Positions 10,338 to 20,460 of a stretch of DNA of 64,000 nucleotides are shown here, piece by piece. The position numbers and the translations under genes were made by a program. Origin of the DNA: Roseibacillus sp. (GTDB taxonomy: Bacteria; Verrucomicrobiota; Verrucomicrobiia; Verrucomicrobiales; Akkermansiaceae); assembly GCA_051251855.1 (NCBI GenBank), contig JBPOGI010000002.1, forward strand, positions 384,001 to 448,000, given 5' to 3'. The notes beneath the pieces are model-generated. The model was not told the DNA's origin, made no database searches, and saw only the letters and a program-made list of their open reading frames with translations. The first letter of the stretch is position 1. Each line of letters starts with the position of its first letter.

Positions 10338-11368
10338 TTGGTGCGCCAGCAATAGGGGTGAGAGGGTGGCAATCGTAGCGAAGTTTCCACGATGTCTGAG
10401 GCGTGAAGACGATTGTTCATCTCGTGGTGAAAGAAGTGCCGAAGAGTAGCGCCACGGGCGCGTCGTTCTTGATCGTCTGATTTTAAGCGCTGAGCTTCTA
10501 TTATTAACTCCTCCTTGTTAGAAAAGTAAGCGAGACTGTCGGGAGGAAAGAGAGTGTCGAGATCGTTGTCGGCGTGGGTCAAGACCGCGAGTCCGTTTCC
10601 TCCCATCTGAGCGATGCGCGCTGAGGAATACCAATGATGTCCTTCTTGGCGGTTGAGGTTGAGCCCCATGGTGGAGGTCGCCAAAATTTCATCGTAGCGC
10701 GTGCCCCAGACGGGAGCTTTGCCAAAGCAACCGAAGGTCTCGAATCGAAAGGAGTCGGGGAGTTCGTTTTGCAGCGCTTCTAATAGTTTGTGGCGCTCGG
10801 TGTGGTCGGTGGAGTTGCCGCAAAAGATAAGATCGCGGTCTTGTTCATGCTCTGCTTTTTGCGAGGCATTGCCGCATTCGATGGCCGGGTCGGCTGCGTT
10901 GGGCATGAATTCGACTTTGTCGCGATGATTGGGGAAAAATTGGTCGAGAACCGATTTGCCGGTGGAGATGAAGGCGCGGTCACAGACCGAGAGTCTTTCC
11001 TCGATGCGGGTGACGTTCTCGGGCACGAAGAGAGGGTCGTTGTTGCAATGAACCACTGGGCAGGCGCATTTCGAGCGCACTTTGGAGAGCGTTTCGGTAG
11101 TGAGAATGTCGGCGTGTCCAATTAAAATGAGGTCGGGTCGAAAAGCTTCGGCGGTTTCGAGAAAGCGGCGGTTAGCGGCTTTCTTTCCCAAGTCACGCAA
11201 GCCGAAAGGCGCCTCGAAGGCGGCGGTGTCGCGATCGCTGAAAAAGTGGACGAGGTGACCGCCTTGAATGAGTCCGCGATGGAGCTTTTGAGTCCAGCTC
11301 ACTCGCGTGTTGCCATATCGACGAAGTTGGCCGTAGCCAGCAAGAAGGATGCGTTTTGACGGAGTCAT
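10334..11368 (-). CDS. Glycosyltransferase (CgeB/Glyco_trans_1_2-like)
   Basis: PDLILIGH, FMPNAADP, DLIFCG, MGLNLNR, YSSARI motifs. Confidence 0.7.
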   Translation of the reverse strand: MTPSKRILLAGYGQLRRYGNTRVSWTQKLHRGLIQGGHLVHFFSDRDTAAFEAPFGLRDLGKKAANRRFLETAEAFRPDLILIGHADILTTETLSKVRSKCACPVVHCNNDPLFVPENVTRIEERLSVCDRAFISTGKSVLDQFFPNHRDKVEFMPNAADPAIECGNASQKAEHEQDRDLIFCGNSTDHTERHKLLEALQNELPDSFRFETFGCFGKAPVWGTRYDEILATSTMGLNLNRQEGHHWYSSARIAQMGGNGLAVLTHADNDLDTLFPPDSLAYFSNKEELIIEAQRLKSDDQERRARGATLRHFFHHEMNNRLHASDIVETSLRLPPSHPYCWRTK

Positions 11369-11371
11369 GCT

Positions 11372-12325
11372 CTAGTTGGAAGGCTCTAGGTTTGGGGCAG
11401 CAGAGTCGCGCCGGGTAGGATGGTTAGGGCGCCAACTGCCATCAACCCTTTTGTGGCCAAACAGGCCCAACCCCACGGCAATACGGAATTGTTGCTGGTG
11501 CCACCAAGGACTATTGAGCGGTCGCTCGGGTGATTGGAAGCCGTTGCTGGTGCGAGAAGAAGGATGTGCCCTCACGTAGGGTAGGAGTGTGTCGAGCAAG
11601 AGTTGTCGAGGCAGAAGGACGGATTGATTGGTCCAATTGAGAAAGCGCGAGTCGGTGAGATAGAGTTCCTCTTCTGAATCCATTTTGCTGATGGCATTGG
11701 GATGAACGAGATGGGGTTCCTTCTCAAGATAGATGGCTCGCCCTTGCAGGCTGCGAGCCCGTGTCGGTTTGAAGGTCTGACGAAGGCTGCGCCGCAAGGT
11801 GCTTTGCTCGGCCTTTTTCAGGCTGGCATACGAGGTGAAGTCGGGGTGGAGACTTTGGATGGCATAGAAGCCGAGATACTTGCCATAGCGAAAGCCTTCA
11901 CCCGTCTCCCAACGGTGACGCAGTCTCAGGATGTCGAGCTGGTCTTCGGCAAAGAGTCGCCGCGCGCGCTCCAGTTGAAAGTCGATTTTGGCGGAGTCTA
12001 AAAGGGACGGGCAGTCGTTTTCGGTTAAGAGGATGAGGTCGGTATCCAGCCGTTCTGCGAGGCAGGCATAGCCTTCCGCAATTCCCACATTGGGTCCGCC
12101 CGCGCAGGCGAGGTCGAATTCCCTAGCCAGCTCTTTATCTTCTTCTGATTGGTCTTGAAACCAAATCAAGCTCTGGTCGACATGACTCCATAGGTTGGCT
12201 TCCCGATGAGACTCCAGCACGGGTCGGAAAGTGTCGTGGGACTTCCACGAAACGATTCCAAGGCCGATAGAAGGTTGGTTAGGCACGAACGGGGAGAGGT
12301 TTTCAGCTGAGAAGGATTCGAGCAA
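11372..12325 (-). CDS. Hypothetical, possibly GT-A glycosyltransferase
   Basis: NVGIAEG..ILLTEND and WTNQ motifs; lies in the GT cluster. Confidence 0.45.
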   Translation of the reverse strand: MLESFSAENLSPFVPNQPSIGLGIVSWKSHDTFRPVLESHREANLWSHVDQSLIWFQDQSEEDKELAREFDLACAGGPNVGIAEGYACLAERLDTDLILLTENDCPSLLDSAKIDFQLERARRLFAEDQLDILRLRHRWETGEGFRYGKYLGFYAIQSLHPDFTSYASLKKAEQSTLRRSLRQTFKPTRARSLQGRAIYLEKEPHLVHPNAISKMDSEEELYLTDSRFLNWTNQSVLLPRQLLLDTLLPYVRAHPSSRTSNGFQSPERPLNSPWWHQQQFRIAVGLGLFGHKRVDGSWRPNHPTRRDSAAPNLEPSN

Positions 12326-12387
12326 GGACGATTGCTGATACTGGCAGGGATTGTCTTCCGGTGCTCTCTCAGAGAGAATGGCAGGAG

Positions 12388-13419
12388 ATGAAGTTGCTGC
12401 AGGTCATGCTATCCGCGTCCGAGGGCGGGGCTGAGACATTCTTTGTGAAGCTGGCCTTGGCCTTTGCTGAGCGTGGAGTTTCTCAGCGTCTTGTGGTCGC
12501 CGAGTGCGGTAATCGAGTGGAAATTTTGCGGGATGCGGGATGCGAGGTGATTCCGGTGCGCGCCAAAGGTTGGCGCAAGGCTTTGGTGGGGCGGGAGATT
12601 CAAGCGCTTGCGGATGAATACCAGCCGAGCCATGTGTTGACCTGGATGAATCGTGCCTCCAAGAGAATGCCGATAGGTGATTGGACTAAGATGGCTCGTC
12701 TCGGTGGCTTTTATCAGCTCAAAAACTACCGAAGCTGCGACTACCTGATTGGGAATACGCCGAAGATTGTGGATTACCTCAAGGGGGAAGGTTGGCCCGA
12801 GGAGCGAGCGCATCTGATCAGTAATTTCGGAGAAACGCGCAGTCAAGTGGCCGTGGGAGAAGGGCGGGAAGAGCTGGGCTTGAAGAAAGAGGATTTCGTT
12901 CTTCTCAGCCTCGGGCGCTTGCATGAGGTCAAGGCGCAGGATGTCGCCATTCGAGCGCTGGTGGAACTGCCCGATGCGGTTTTACTTTTGGCTGGGGAGG
13001 GGGCTTTGAGGACCGAGTATGAAGCTTTGGCCGAGAGCTTGGGCGTTGTTAAACGAGTTCGGTTTCTGGGTTGGCGTCAAGATGTGGAGAATCTCTTTAG
13101 TCTTTGTGATGTCTGCGTCTTTCCTTCCCGCTACGAACCTCTTGGGAACGTGGTGCTTGAAGCTTGGGCCAATCGGAAACCCATTGTGGCTGCAGAATCC
13201 AGCGGGCCGTCTTGGCTGATTCAACATCAAAAAACAGGGTGGCTTTTCGATATCGACTCGGTCGCGGGGTTGGTGGCTGGGGTCAGAGCTCTACAGGAGA
13301 ATTCGGAGACAGCACAATCCCTAGTCGAACAAGGCTACAGCACCTTTCAGAAGGAATTCAGCAAGCAGGTGATCGTCGATCGTTATCTCGAATTTTTCCA
13401 AGAGAGTTCTCAGCAATAG
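12388..13419 (+). CDS. GT4 glycosyltransferase
   Basis: GGAETF, LGRLHEVK, FPSRYEPLGNVVLEAW; AGGAG directly precedes ATG 12388. Confidence 0.85.
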   Translation: MKLLQVMLSASEGGAETFFVKLALAFAERGVSQRLVVAECGNRVEILRDAGCEVIPVRAKGWRKALVGREIQALADEYQPSHVLTWMNRASKRMPIGDWTKMARLGGFYQLKNYRSCDYLIGNTPKIVDYLKGEGWPEERAHLISNFGETRSQVAVGEGREELGLKKEDFVLLSLGRLHEVKAQDVAIRALVELPDAVLLLAGEGALRTEYEALAESLGVVKRVRFLGWRQDVENLFSLCDVCVFPSRYEPLGNVVLEAWANRKPIVAAESSGPSWLIQHQKTGWLFDIDSVAGLVAGVRALQENSETAQSLVEQGYSTFQKEFSKQVIVDRYLEFFQESSQQ

Positions 13420-13432
13420 TCCCCAAAGCCGC

Positions 13433-14536
13433 CTACTGGGTTAGAGATTGGTAGACTTCGAGAATCTGGGAGTTCATGTGCGCAAGAGTGAAGCTGTTAT
13501 TGAGAGCTGGAGAGGGAAGGCTGTTTGTTAGCCAGGTGTTCACAAGAGCGATGATTTCTTTGGGCTCGTTTGGAGTCACGGCCCCGGCAGGGAAAAGCGC
13601 TTTGAGTTGTTCGGCCACTCCACCATGGGCATAGGCAGCCACCGGTTTGCCGAGTGACATCGCTTCCAGTGACACGCGTCCAAAAGCTTCTGGGTCTTTG
13701 GAGAGTGAGAGGGTAATGTCACAGGCGGCAATGACATCGCGAAGATCGGAGCGATGGCCCAAAAAGGTGAGGTTGCTTTCAAGGCCCATGGCGCGGACGG
13801 TGTCCTTGAGTTCGGCGAGATAGCCTTCTTTCCCCGGTGAAGGCGCTCCTGCAATGACGCCGTGAAGATGAGGATGGTCTTCGAGTAATTGTTGTAGCAC
13901 GAGAAGGAAATCCTGGTGGCCTTTCCAGCGCGTGATGCGGCCGGGTAGAAGGAGGAGGGTTTTCCCTGTGAATTGGGGGTAATTGTTTCGCCAGTTTTCC
14001 TGCCAGTCCGGAGAGGGCTTGTAGTCTGGGTGGTAACGGAAGGAATCTACGCCGCGATGAATGATGGTGAGTTTCTCGGGCGGAGTTTTGGGGTAATTTT
14101 TGAGAACGTAGTCTTGAACCGATTCTGAGACGCAGATCACACGCTCTCCTTTGGTCATGATCTTGGAGTAGGAGTTGACCGAATAGGTGCCGTGGACGGT
14201 GGTGACAAGGTGGGGTCGGGAATTCTTAGGGAGCTGGCTCCAAGCAAGATAGCAAAGCCAAGCGGGAGCCCGGGAGCGGAGGTGGAGGATGTCCGGTTGT
14301 TCCTCTTGCAGGAGTTTTTTCAGATAAGAGATGTGCCGCAGAGAAAGCAGGGATTTCTTGTGGACGGGATGGGTAAGGTGGCGAGTGCCTTCGTTCTCCA
14401 GTTGAGCCACTAGACGTCCGCCATTCGAGAGCACTAGCGATTCGTGACCTTCTTTGATGAGGAACTGAGCCAGTTCTACGGTGCCTCGCTCGACTCCGCC
14501 AGAGTTGAGTTCGGGAAGGACTTGCAGAATTTTCAT
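13433..14536 (-). CDS. GT4 glycosyltransferase
   Basis: MKILQVLPELNSGGVERG, PGRITRWKG, EAFGRVSLEAM. Confidence 0.85.
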   Translation of the reverse strand: MKILQVLPELNSGGVERGTVELAQFLIKEGHESLVLSNGGRLVAQLENEGTRHLTHPVHKKSLLSLRHISYLKKLLQEEQPDILHLRSRAPAWLCYLAWSQLPKNSRPHLVTTVHGTYSVNSYSKIMTKGERVICVSESVQDYVLKNYPKTPPEKLTIIHRGVDSFRYHPDYKPSPDWQENWRNNYPQFTGKTLLLLPGRITRWKGHQDFLLVLQQLLEDHPHLHGVIAGAPSPGKEGYLAELKDTVRAMGLESNLTFLGHRSDLRDVIAACDITLSLSKDPEAFGRVSLEAMSLGKPVAAYAHGGVAEQLKALFPAGAVTPNEPKEIIALVNTWLTNSLPSPALNNSFTLAHMNSQILEVYQSLTQ

Positions 14537-14592
14537 GAAGCTTGTGATTGGGGTCTTCGCCTTGTTTTTTTCAAAAGTGGTGAAGCAACGAT

Positions 14593-15459
14593 TTATGCGA
14601 TTTTTGCAAGTAAGACCTCGGCGCAGCGGGCTGTTTCGTGCAGGGGAGCAGGCGCAGGGGGGAGCTCGGTGATGGCGTCGTATTGAGAAAACGGAGTGAG
14701 CCAATTATCTTTGGCGAGTTGGTCATGAGCACGAGAGAGGCGGGTGTTGTTAGGCGGAAGAGGGAGAGTGCCAAGGTGGCAGCCAGCGGTGAGAGCCTCG
14801 AAGAGCATGGAGGTTGAGTCCGGGGTGATCCAGGCGACTTTAGAAGTGAGCAGCTCATCGCTTAACCAAGAGCCCGTGGCTTCGGTGTGTGGGGCGATTT
14901 GGAGTTCGAGATTGAGTTGGGCGATTTGCGCGAGAAGAGTTGGAGGGGTGCGGCGAGAATCCCCAATGGTCCAGGCTAGATTAGGATTTTTAGTGATGAT
15001 GGTTTCGATGGCTTTGAGCAAGGGTGCTTCTTGCCAGTCAAAGTGTTTGCAGGGACCTCCTAGCATGATGAGGCCTTTTTCTTCCTTCGGGGGCTGTGAT
15101 TCTGGGAGGCGGTTGAGGGCTCCTTTAGTGGCGATGATGCGAGAGCCGATTTTTCTCCCAGCCTTGAGGTCGTGCTCGGGAATCAGACAGTATGAAAAGA
15201 GAAATTTGGGGAGCGTTGGCTTCATGATTACTACCGAAGGGCAGCGATGGCTTCGGGCAAACTTCAGCAGAAAAGGATGAGTATAGTGGCCGGCCCCAAT
15301 CACGAGGTCGGCCTTCTTCTGGGGTTGTGGGATTGTAGATGGATCTTCAATGCTGACGAGTTCGCAGTCCCCTTCGCGTCGTCGCAGGATTGCCTCAGCG
15401 AGACCAAGCGATTGGTTCTCGTGGCCTTTTTTTCCATCAGTGAGAATGAGAAGATGCAT
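14593..15459 (-). CDS. ELM1/GtrOC1-family putative glycosyltransferase
   Basis: TDGKKGHENQSLGLAEA, IPEHD, DSRRTP, TPDSTSMLFEALTAG. Confidence 0.8.
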   Translation of the reverse strand: MHLLILTDGKKGHENQSLGLAEAILRRREGDCELVSIEDPSTIPQPQKKADLVIGAGHYTHPFLLKFARSHRCPSVVIMKPTLPKFLFSYCLIPEHDLKAGRKIGSRIIATKGALNRLPESQPPKEEKGLIMLGGPCKHFDWQEAPLLKAIETIITKNPNLAWTIGDSRRTPPTLLAQIAQLNLELQIAPHTEATGSWLSDELLTSKVAWITPDSTSMLFEALTAGCHLGTLPLPPNNTRLSRAHDQLAKDNWLTPFSQYDAITELPPAPAPLHETARCAEVLLAKIA

Positions 15460-15472
15460 CGGAATCGGTGAA

Positions 15473-16837
15473 CTAAGATGGGTTGTCAGGCGGGGTGGGT
15501 AAGCTCGACGGTTGAGGCGCAGCGCTTGTTTCTAGAGGGGCGCTTTTAAAAAGGCTGAGGACAAAGTCGATCGTGGGAAGTTGGTTCTTATTGATCCGGA
15601 CTTCAGGAATGGTGCTGTGGCGAAGAGCTCGTTCAATCTCAGGGGAGGGTGTATCGACGAGCAGAATTTCAATTGGGTGAGTTGCCAGCCAGTCGATGGA
15701 CAAAATTTGAGAAGCCAGTTGCTCGCTCGTAGGGGCAATGGTGTGGTGGATGTAAGGAGGGGTTTCACCTTCGGTGGTTTGATGAGAGTGAATCCAAAGG
15801 AACTCGATTGAGAGGTCGAAGTCGGAAGCCTTGCGATGTTCTTGTAGCTTCTCAGCTAAGGTGTGGTCCGGAGTGCGGGTCGTTACGATGAGCATACGCA
15901 AAGGCTTAGTCTGCGCATGAGGGGTCTTGGTCTTCTTGCTTTTCATCGACAAGGGGTATTTGCCAGCGAGTCGCCAGCGGTCATGAAGCCACAAGTAGTC
16001 GGCGGGAGAACGACGAATGAGGGTCTCGAGCGCGGATACAATTTTTGGAGTATCCGGGCGCGTGCCCAATGGTTGAAAGACCATTTGCCATTTTCCCGGT
16101 GTGAGGGTTTCGATTCCTGCTGCAACGACGGGAGCGTCGGCCTTGCGGGCGAGGAGGGCTGGGAGAGGGGATAGTGATGATAGTCGATTAAAAAAGGGAA
16201 TCGCAATGCCGCCGCGTCCGACCTTTTGATCGGCGACAACAATGAGGAGTCCGCCGTTTTTTACAAAGGAGGCAGGGGCATGAAAGCCGTCGCGTTTATT
16301 GAAAAGCTTCGACCCATCTTGTTCCCTTCTTTCTAAGAGAAGTCTGTCTACGAGGGGATTCTTGAGAGGTTGATAGATGCCTCCTGCAGCTACTCCCTTG
16401 GGGAGGAATTGGTGAAGCCGATTTAGAATTTCCCAGTTGCCCATGTGGCCAAGGACCAAAATAGCTCCTTGGCCGCTGGCGAGAATTTTTTGGAGAGGTT
16501 CGTAACCTTGCAAAGCGACGTGTTTGCTGACGTCTTCGGTTGGAAGGATGGTTGTCTTGAGAGTGCCTAGGAAATTCGCGATAGTGCGTTGGCAAGTGCG
16601 TCGAGCAAGAAGGCGGATTTCGCTCGAGGATTTCTCCTCTCCAAAAGCAATACGAAGATTGCGAATGGCGAGTTGGCGGTAATTGCGAGAAAGGTAAAAG
16701 AAGAGAAATCCGATTGCGGAGCCAGCTCGGTCGATGAGAGAGAGCGGAGCTAGCCGAAAGATTGCCTCCATGAAAAGATAGCCAACGTATTCCAGTCGCC
16801 ACGAGAGTCGCTTGGTCCATTTATAACTCGCAGCCAT
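15473..16837 (-). CDS. Lipid A late acyltransferase (LpxL/HtrB family) with C-terminal extension
   Basis: NLRIAF, GHMGNWE, ADQ, YLWLHDRWR followed by ~160 extra residues. Confidence 0.75.
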   Translation of the reverse strand: MAASYKWTKRLSWRLEYVGYLFMEAIFRLAPLSLIDRAGSAIGFLFFYLSRNYRQLAIRNLRIAFGEEKSSSEIRLLARRTCQRTIANFLGTLKTTILPTEDVSKHVALQGYEPLQKILASGQGAILVLGHMGNWEILNRLHQFLPKGVAAGGIYQPLKNPLVDRLLLERREQDGSKLFNKRDGFHAPASFVKNGGLLIVVADQKVGRGGIAIPFFNRLSSLSPLPALLARKADAPVVAAGIETLTPGKWQMVFQPLGTRPDTPKIVSALETLIRRSPADYLWLHDRWRLAGKYPLSMKSKKTKTPHAQTKPLRMLIVTTRTPDHTLAEKLQEHRKASDFDLSIEFLWIHSHQTTEGETPPYIHHTIAPTSEQLASQILSIDWLATHPIEILLVDTPSPEIERALRHSTIPEVRINKNQLPTIDFVLSLFKSAPLETSAAPQPSSLPTPPDNPS

Positions 16838-16840
16838 TGT

Positions 16841-17464
16841 TTAGAGACTATCTTTACCGCGACGCAAAGGGAGGGTGAATCCGACAACGCCGACGAAGAT
16901 GAAATAGCAGGCAAGGAGTTCTAAATAAGCGGAGCAAATTTGTGGAAGGCCCGGCGGGACTTCGCCTTCGAGACTGGCTGCCCAAAAAGCGCGGGAACCA
17001 AAGAAGTAGGCGAAGACGTAAATAATGATGACTGCCGCGGCAATGAAGCCCGAGGCTGGTTGGCGTGCTGAGAGGGCGACGAAGCGAAGGGTCTCGCGGG
17101 GATTTTTCAAAAAGAGGAGGATGATTGCCCCCAGAGTCGGGACCAGAAGCCAGTCTTTGTCAAAGGGAAGGAAATCTTCGATCCACGGTACTTCGCCTAT
17201 CGTGGCAGCGACACAGCCCAATGCGAGGGCGTGGTAGATGGGGCGGAAGCGACCGGCATGGGCTGCGGCGGCCAGAAGAATGGCCATCGAAAGAAGGAGG
17301 AGGGCCGGTTGAAGAAGTTCGACGGCGGAGTTTTCCAAATCAAGCCCACTGGCTGAAGTGCGGGGAAGCCAAGCGGGAAAGAGGATCAAAATAGAGCCTA
17401 GCCCGACAAGAGCGGTGCTGGCTAAGGTTCTGAACCAATTGGGTCTGTCTTTGTCTAGAGGCAA
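16841..17464 (-). CDS. Hypothetical multi-pass membrane protein
   Basis: About six hydrophobic segments; start trimmed to an in-frame TTG so it does not overlap tRNA-Ser. Confidence 0.55.
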   Translation of the reverse strand: MPLDKDRPNWFRTLASTALVGLGSILILFPAWLPRTSASGLDLENSAVELLQPALLLLSMAILLAAAAHAGRFRPIYHALALGCVAATIGEVPWIEDFLPFDKDWLLVPTLGAIILLFLKNPRETLRFVALSARQPASGFIAAAVIIIYVFAYFFGSRAFWAASLEGEVPPGLPQICSAYLELLACYFIFVGVVGFTLPLRRGKDSL

Positions 17465-17578
17465 GGGAGGGAAGATAGTTCGAAAGCCTGTTGGCAGCAA
17501 TCGGGATTCGGGTCTTTCGTGCTCACTTTCGGGTTGCCAATGCCCAGATTGCCTTGTAGCTTCCGCGCCCCACTCAAA

Positions 17579-17668
17579 GGACAGATGGCAGAGTGGTCGA
17601 ATGCGCACGCCTGGAAAGCGTGTGAGGCAGCAATGTCTCCGAGGGTTCGAATCCCTCTCTGTCCGCCA
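17579..17668 (+). tRNA. tRNA-Ser(GGA)
   Basis: GGACAGA/TCTGTCC acceptor stem, anticodon arm CACGC-CTGGAAA-GCGTG, long variable arm, GGTTCGAATCC, encoded CCA. Confidence 0.97.
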
Positions 17669-17708
17669 GACCCCACCTCAGCTTGCTGGGGTGGGGTCTG
17701 GTGGTTTT
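17666..17708 (+). terminator. Hairpin/terminator after tRNA-Ser
   Basis: CCAGACCCCACCTCAGC-TT-GCTGGGGTGGGGTCTGG followed by TGGTTTT. Confidence 0.6.
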
Positions 17709-18064
17709 AAGGAGGGGCGAGAAACCCACCCGAGCGGAGCGAGGATAATGCCGTCTGTTCTTTTGAAAAGAATCATTCCTTCTGCGAATCCACGCGAACG
17801 CGATAGCTTAGCCTCTTTTGAGAGGCAATCCTTCACCTTCGAGCATTTAGGGAGAATTGAAATGTCGCCGAGGTAGTGACGCTCTGCAGAAAATATTCAT
17901 TGCTGAGAGTTCCGCTTTGGCTGCAGGCTCGATCGATGTTGAGTTCGGCGGAAACCTCGTCCCCGACTTTTTGTGGGGGAACCGAGACGTCCCTACTGCT
18001 GCTGCTGCTTGAGCTCGATTTATTTTGAATTGTCACTCGAACACCAGAAGGCAGAATTGTTTTT

Positions 18065-19012
18065 ATGCAAAACAACCCCAGCTCAACCTTGAGGATTCTT
18101 CTTTTGACTTGGCTTCTCGGGCTGACGGTCTCTTCCGCTGAAAGCGAACGAATTGCTGGCACTCAGGCGAGCATCGCTCCTCCGGAGGGGGTTGAAGTCG
18201 CGACTCAGTTTCCAGGGTTTATCGACAAGGAGTCCGGGTCGTCAATTATGGTGACTGTGATTCCAGGGCCTTACGCGGAGGTGACGGGGGGCTTTACCGA
18301 GGAGAATATGGCTCTTCGCCAGATGGAGTTGCTTCAAAAGAAGGAGCGGAAGCAGGGCGACCTCGAAGGCACCTTGATTCATTTGTCTCAGACTGCCGGG
18401 CAGGGAACCGAGTATCTCAAGTGGATTTGGATTTTTGGAAATGATAAGGAGTCAGTCTTCGTGACAGCGACTTTTCCTAAAGAAGAAGGGGAGGAGTTTT
18501 CCAAGAAGATGCGAGCCTCTGTGGAGTCCACGACTTGGGACGCGAATCTAAAGGTCGACCCTTTCGAAGGACTCACTTTCCGGATTGAAGAGGCTGGAAA
18601 ATTTCGCATCGCGAAGGTGGTGGGCAATATGATCATCCTAACGGAGGATGCCGTCTTTCCAACGCCGGAATTAACCGCGCCCTTCGTCATTGTCGGAGCA
18701 TCTCTTTCGGAGAATTGGGAGGGCCCTGAGGATTTGATCGCATTTGGTTCACAGCGGGTGAAACAAACGCAGGAGTTTCAAGAGTGTGAGATCGAGTCAT
18801 CCGAAGAGTGGGCCCAGGCTGGCATGGCGGGAGTGATGACAAAGGCGACAGGCGGCGGCGCTGACGGGGAACGCTTTGTCCAACAGGGCCTTCTTTTCTC
18901 GGAAGATGGTTACTACATTCTGCAAGCCTTTTGCCAAGAGGATGCACGTGCTGAACACAAGGACTCGATTCAGAAAATCTTCGACTCTTTCGAAACCGTT
19001 CAGGCGAAGTAG
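18065..19012 (+). CDS. Exported hypothetical protein
   Basis: Signal peptide (LLLTWLLGLTVSSA); 315-aa ORF. Confidence 0.7.
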   Translation: MQNNPSSTLRILLLTWLLGLTVSSAESERIAGTQASIAPPEGVEVATQFPGFIDKESGSSIMVTVIPGPYAEVTGGFTEENMALRQMELLQKKERKQGDLEGTLIHLSQTAGQGTEYLKWIWIFGNDKESVFVTATFPKEEGEEFSKKMRASVESTTWDANLKVDPFEGLTFRIEEAGKFRIAKVVGNMIILTEDAVFPTPELTAPFVIVGASLSENWEGPEDLIAFGSQRVKQTQEFQECEIESSEEWAQAGMAGVMTKATGGGADGERFVQQGLLFSEDGYYILQAFCQEDARAEHKDSIQKIFDSFETVQAK

Positions 19013-19039
19013 GGGAGGCGCTTCCCGATTTTAATCTTA

Positions 19040-20404
19040 CTACTCGATGGTGCTCTTTCTTCGAGGCATGTTAGCGTCCGTTTTTTCGAGCCAAGAGAAG
19101 AGTTTTTCCTTTAAGGGGGCGATCCGGTCGGGCTGGGCTGCTGCGAGGTTGTTCTTCTCGGAGAGGTCCTCCCTGAGGTTGTAGAGTTCAAAGGTGTCTT
19201 GATGTTGTCTCCAGATGAGCTTCCAGTCGCCATCGCGCACGGTTGATGCTCCTTGGAAGAACTTTCCGGTGCGATGGTGGGGGAAGTGTTGGTAGATAGG
19301 GCGGTCCTTAAATTCTCCCTCTTTGGTGAGTAGGGAAAGGTAAGAAGCTCCGTCGAGAGGCTTCGTTTTCTTGGGGACGGGGACTTCTGCCAAAGCAAGC
19401 AAGGTGGGAAAGAAATCGGCACCGGCGACGGGGGTGGCGATGGTGGAGCCTGCGGTGAAATGCTCAGGCCATCGGTAGATGAGGGGGACGCGGACTCCAC
19501 CTTCGTAAATGGTGCCTTTGCTTCCTCGCAGAGGAGGTTGTGCGCGGGTGCCACCATTGTCGGAAGTGAAGACGACGATGGTGTCTTCGCTCAAGTCGAG
19601 TTCGTCCAATGCCGCCAAGACGTTCGCTACCGCTTCGTCCATGCATGCTAACATTCCGTTGTAGCGATTCTTGTTTTTCTTAGTCACGCTTGGCTTAGGG
19701 TTCAGCGGGCTATGGATGGTGTAGAAACTGAGATAGGCGAGGAAGGGTGTTTCCCTGTTTTCCGTTATAAAGGTAATAGTTTCTTGAGCGAGCCTGTCGG
19801 TCAGGTATTCGCCATCTGGTCCGTCGGGTAGTTCTCCGTTTTGGTAGGGAGGGAAATAGGCTTTGGCGGCGGGTTGTCCGTAAGCGCATCCACCCTTGTT
19901 GACGTCAAATCCCTGATGCTGAGGATGCCATGCCTCATTGACGATGCCGTCCTTTGTTCGGCGAGATCCTTGGCCAGCTAGATGCCATTTTCCGAAGAAC
20001 CCGGTAGCGTAGCCTCCTTCTTTGAGGGCTTCCGCGATGGTGACCTCGTCGAGAGGCAGGTGGTCAATCATCTCCGCCTCCCAGAGGTCTCCTTGGGCTT
20101 GTTTCTTTTTGTAGTAGCTTTCAAAGCCTACTCCAGGAATATGAGCGGTGAGCTTGAGGGAGGCAGGGCTGCGGCCGGTGAGGATTTCGCCACGAGAAGG
20201 GGTGCAAACGGTGGCTGCATAGGCGTTGCTAAAGATGATTCCCTCTTCAGCGAGTTGGTCGATGCGGGGAGTTTGGGTGACTTTGGGATTTTGATAACCG
20301 ACATCGGCCCAGCCCAAGTCGTCGACAAGGATGAAGAGAATATTAGGCTTCCTTGCGGCTGCGGGGAGAGTGACGATGAGAAGGGCGGCAAGGAGAAATC
20401 TCAT
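19040..20404 (-). CDS. Formylglycine-dependent sulfatase (S1 family)
   Basis: KPNILFILVDDLG, CTPSR (CxPxR), GKWHL, FTSDNGG, YEGGVRVP; signal peptide. Confidence 0.93.
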   Translation of the reverse strand: MRFLLAALLIVTLPAAARKPNILFILVDDLGWADVGYQNPKVTQTPRIDQLAEEGIIFSNAYAATVCTPSRGEILTGRSPASLKLTAHIPGVGFESYYKKKQAQGDLWEAEMIDHLPLDEVTIAEALKEGGYATGFFGKWHLAGQGSRRTKDGIVNEAWHPQHQGFDVNKGGCAYGQPAAKAYFPPYQNGELPDGPDGEYLTDRLAQETITFITENRETPFLAYLSFYTIHSPLNPKPSVTKKNKNRYNGMLACMDEAVANVLAALDELDLSEDTIVVFTSDNGGTRAQPPLRGSKGTIYEGGVRVPLIYRWPEHFTAGSTIATPVAGADFFPTLLALAEVPVPKKTKPLDGASYLSLLTKEGEFKDRPIYQHFPHHRTGKFFQGASTVRDGDWKLIWRQHQDTFELYNLREDLSEKNNLAAAQPDRIAPLKEKLFSWLEKTDANMPRRKSTIE

Positions 20405-20460
20405 TTGGGGGTAAATGTTCGTCGTCGAAGTGGCACAAGATAGGCTCTGGCTTCGCTCGG

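Noticed and set aside
17579..17668. Long-arm tRNA as tRNA-Sec
   Set aside because: The anticodon is GGA (Ser) with a normal 7-bp acceptor stem; no selA/B/C/D was seen in the window.
17833..18162. (CTG)n run and poly-Ser minus-strand ORF
   Set aside because: Short simple repeat, no other coding evidence, and it overlaps the 18065 gene.
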